A DNA stretch of 63,803 nt, filler included, from Octopus bimaculoides (taxonomy: Eukaryota): assembly GCF_001194135.2 (NCBI RefSeq). It is 5 parts of 5 records of this genome, joined end to end, with 100 filler letters (N's around TTAATTAATTAA, not from the genome) between each part and the next. Parts side by side here need not be neighbours in the genome. Positions count along the whole stretch, not along the records: positions 61,852 to 63,803 come from NW_026423833.1; 4 more parts are not named here. One strand, given 5' to 3'. Below the pieces are notes generated by a model. That model saw only the letters and a program-made list of their open reading frames with translations, was not told the DNA's origin and ran no database searches. This document shows, in pieces, positions 63,405-63,803 of the stretch. A program made the translations under genes and the position numbers. Every line of letters starts with the position of its first letter. Positions within the stretch are counted from its first letter, which is position 1.

Positions 63405-63803
63405 TTTGCATTTCATCTTTTCAGGTTCGATAAATTAAGTACCAGTTGAGTACTGAGGGTTGATCTAATCTGATCTGACAAAGTCGCTACAGATGGATGC
63501 CCTTCCTAACGCCAACCACTCTGAGAGTGTAGTGGGTGCTTTTCAGGCAATGTATATATATATATATATATACATATATCTATATATGTCTGCATGTGTG
63601 TGTATTTATGTGTGTCTTTGCGTATGCATTTGTCCTCCATCACAGCAAAAGAGACTAATAGAATAAGTACAAGGTTTAAGAAAAAAGTAAAACAAAAGCT
63701 AAAGGCGTCCAGCTGTAGAGACTTTGGCAGATCAGTCAACTATAAGTTCTTTGAGGCAGTGCCCCGGCATGGTCGCAGTCTAATGACTGAAACAAGTAAA
63801 AGA
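63405..63803. mobile_element. Nested SINE and LINE-tail fragments
   Basis: gataaattaagtaccagttg (SINE body), gatgcccttcctaacgccaaccac (repeat tail), and gcatggtcgcagtctaatgactgaaacaagtaaaaga (SINE tail). Confidence 0.6.

Overview
This is eukaryotic animal DNA: AT-rich, dense in microsatellites, with many N gaps. The tRNA/CORE-type SINEs and repeat landscape point to an octopod cephalopod (inference). I see no prokaryotic features, CRISPR array, rRNA or true tRNA genes. Most of the window is decayed transposons: R4/Dong-type RLE retrotransposons, Tx1/L1 and RTE LINE pieces, Penelope, mariner, maT/DD37D, pogo-like, an intron-containing Chapaev3, SINEs and a foldback element. Almost every ORF in the supplied track is a microsatellite, N-gap or transposon artefact. 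Two host-gene pieces stand out, both on the minus strand. (1) A terminal exon at 16042-16253 encodes a single-unit, 8-cysteine galaxin-like peptide with a His/aromatic tail and poly(A) signals downstream. (2) A first exon at 777-825 encodes a signal peptide and ends in a phase-1 donor. It sits behind a correctly spaced TATA+Inr promoter, with a cluster of NF-kB-like sites and an adjacent IRF-like element 570-880 bp upstream. The two exons are phase-compatible but in the wrong order to be one gene, and each lies next to one copy of a 3-4 kb direct duplication. Best working hypothesis (untested): a tandem array of small, inducible, secreted Cys-rich immune or symbiosis effector genes. Transposon boundaries and identity values are by-eye estimates.
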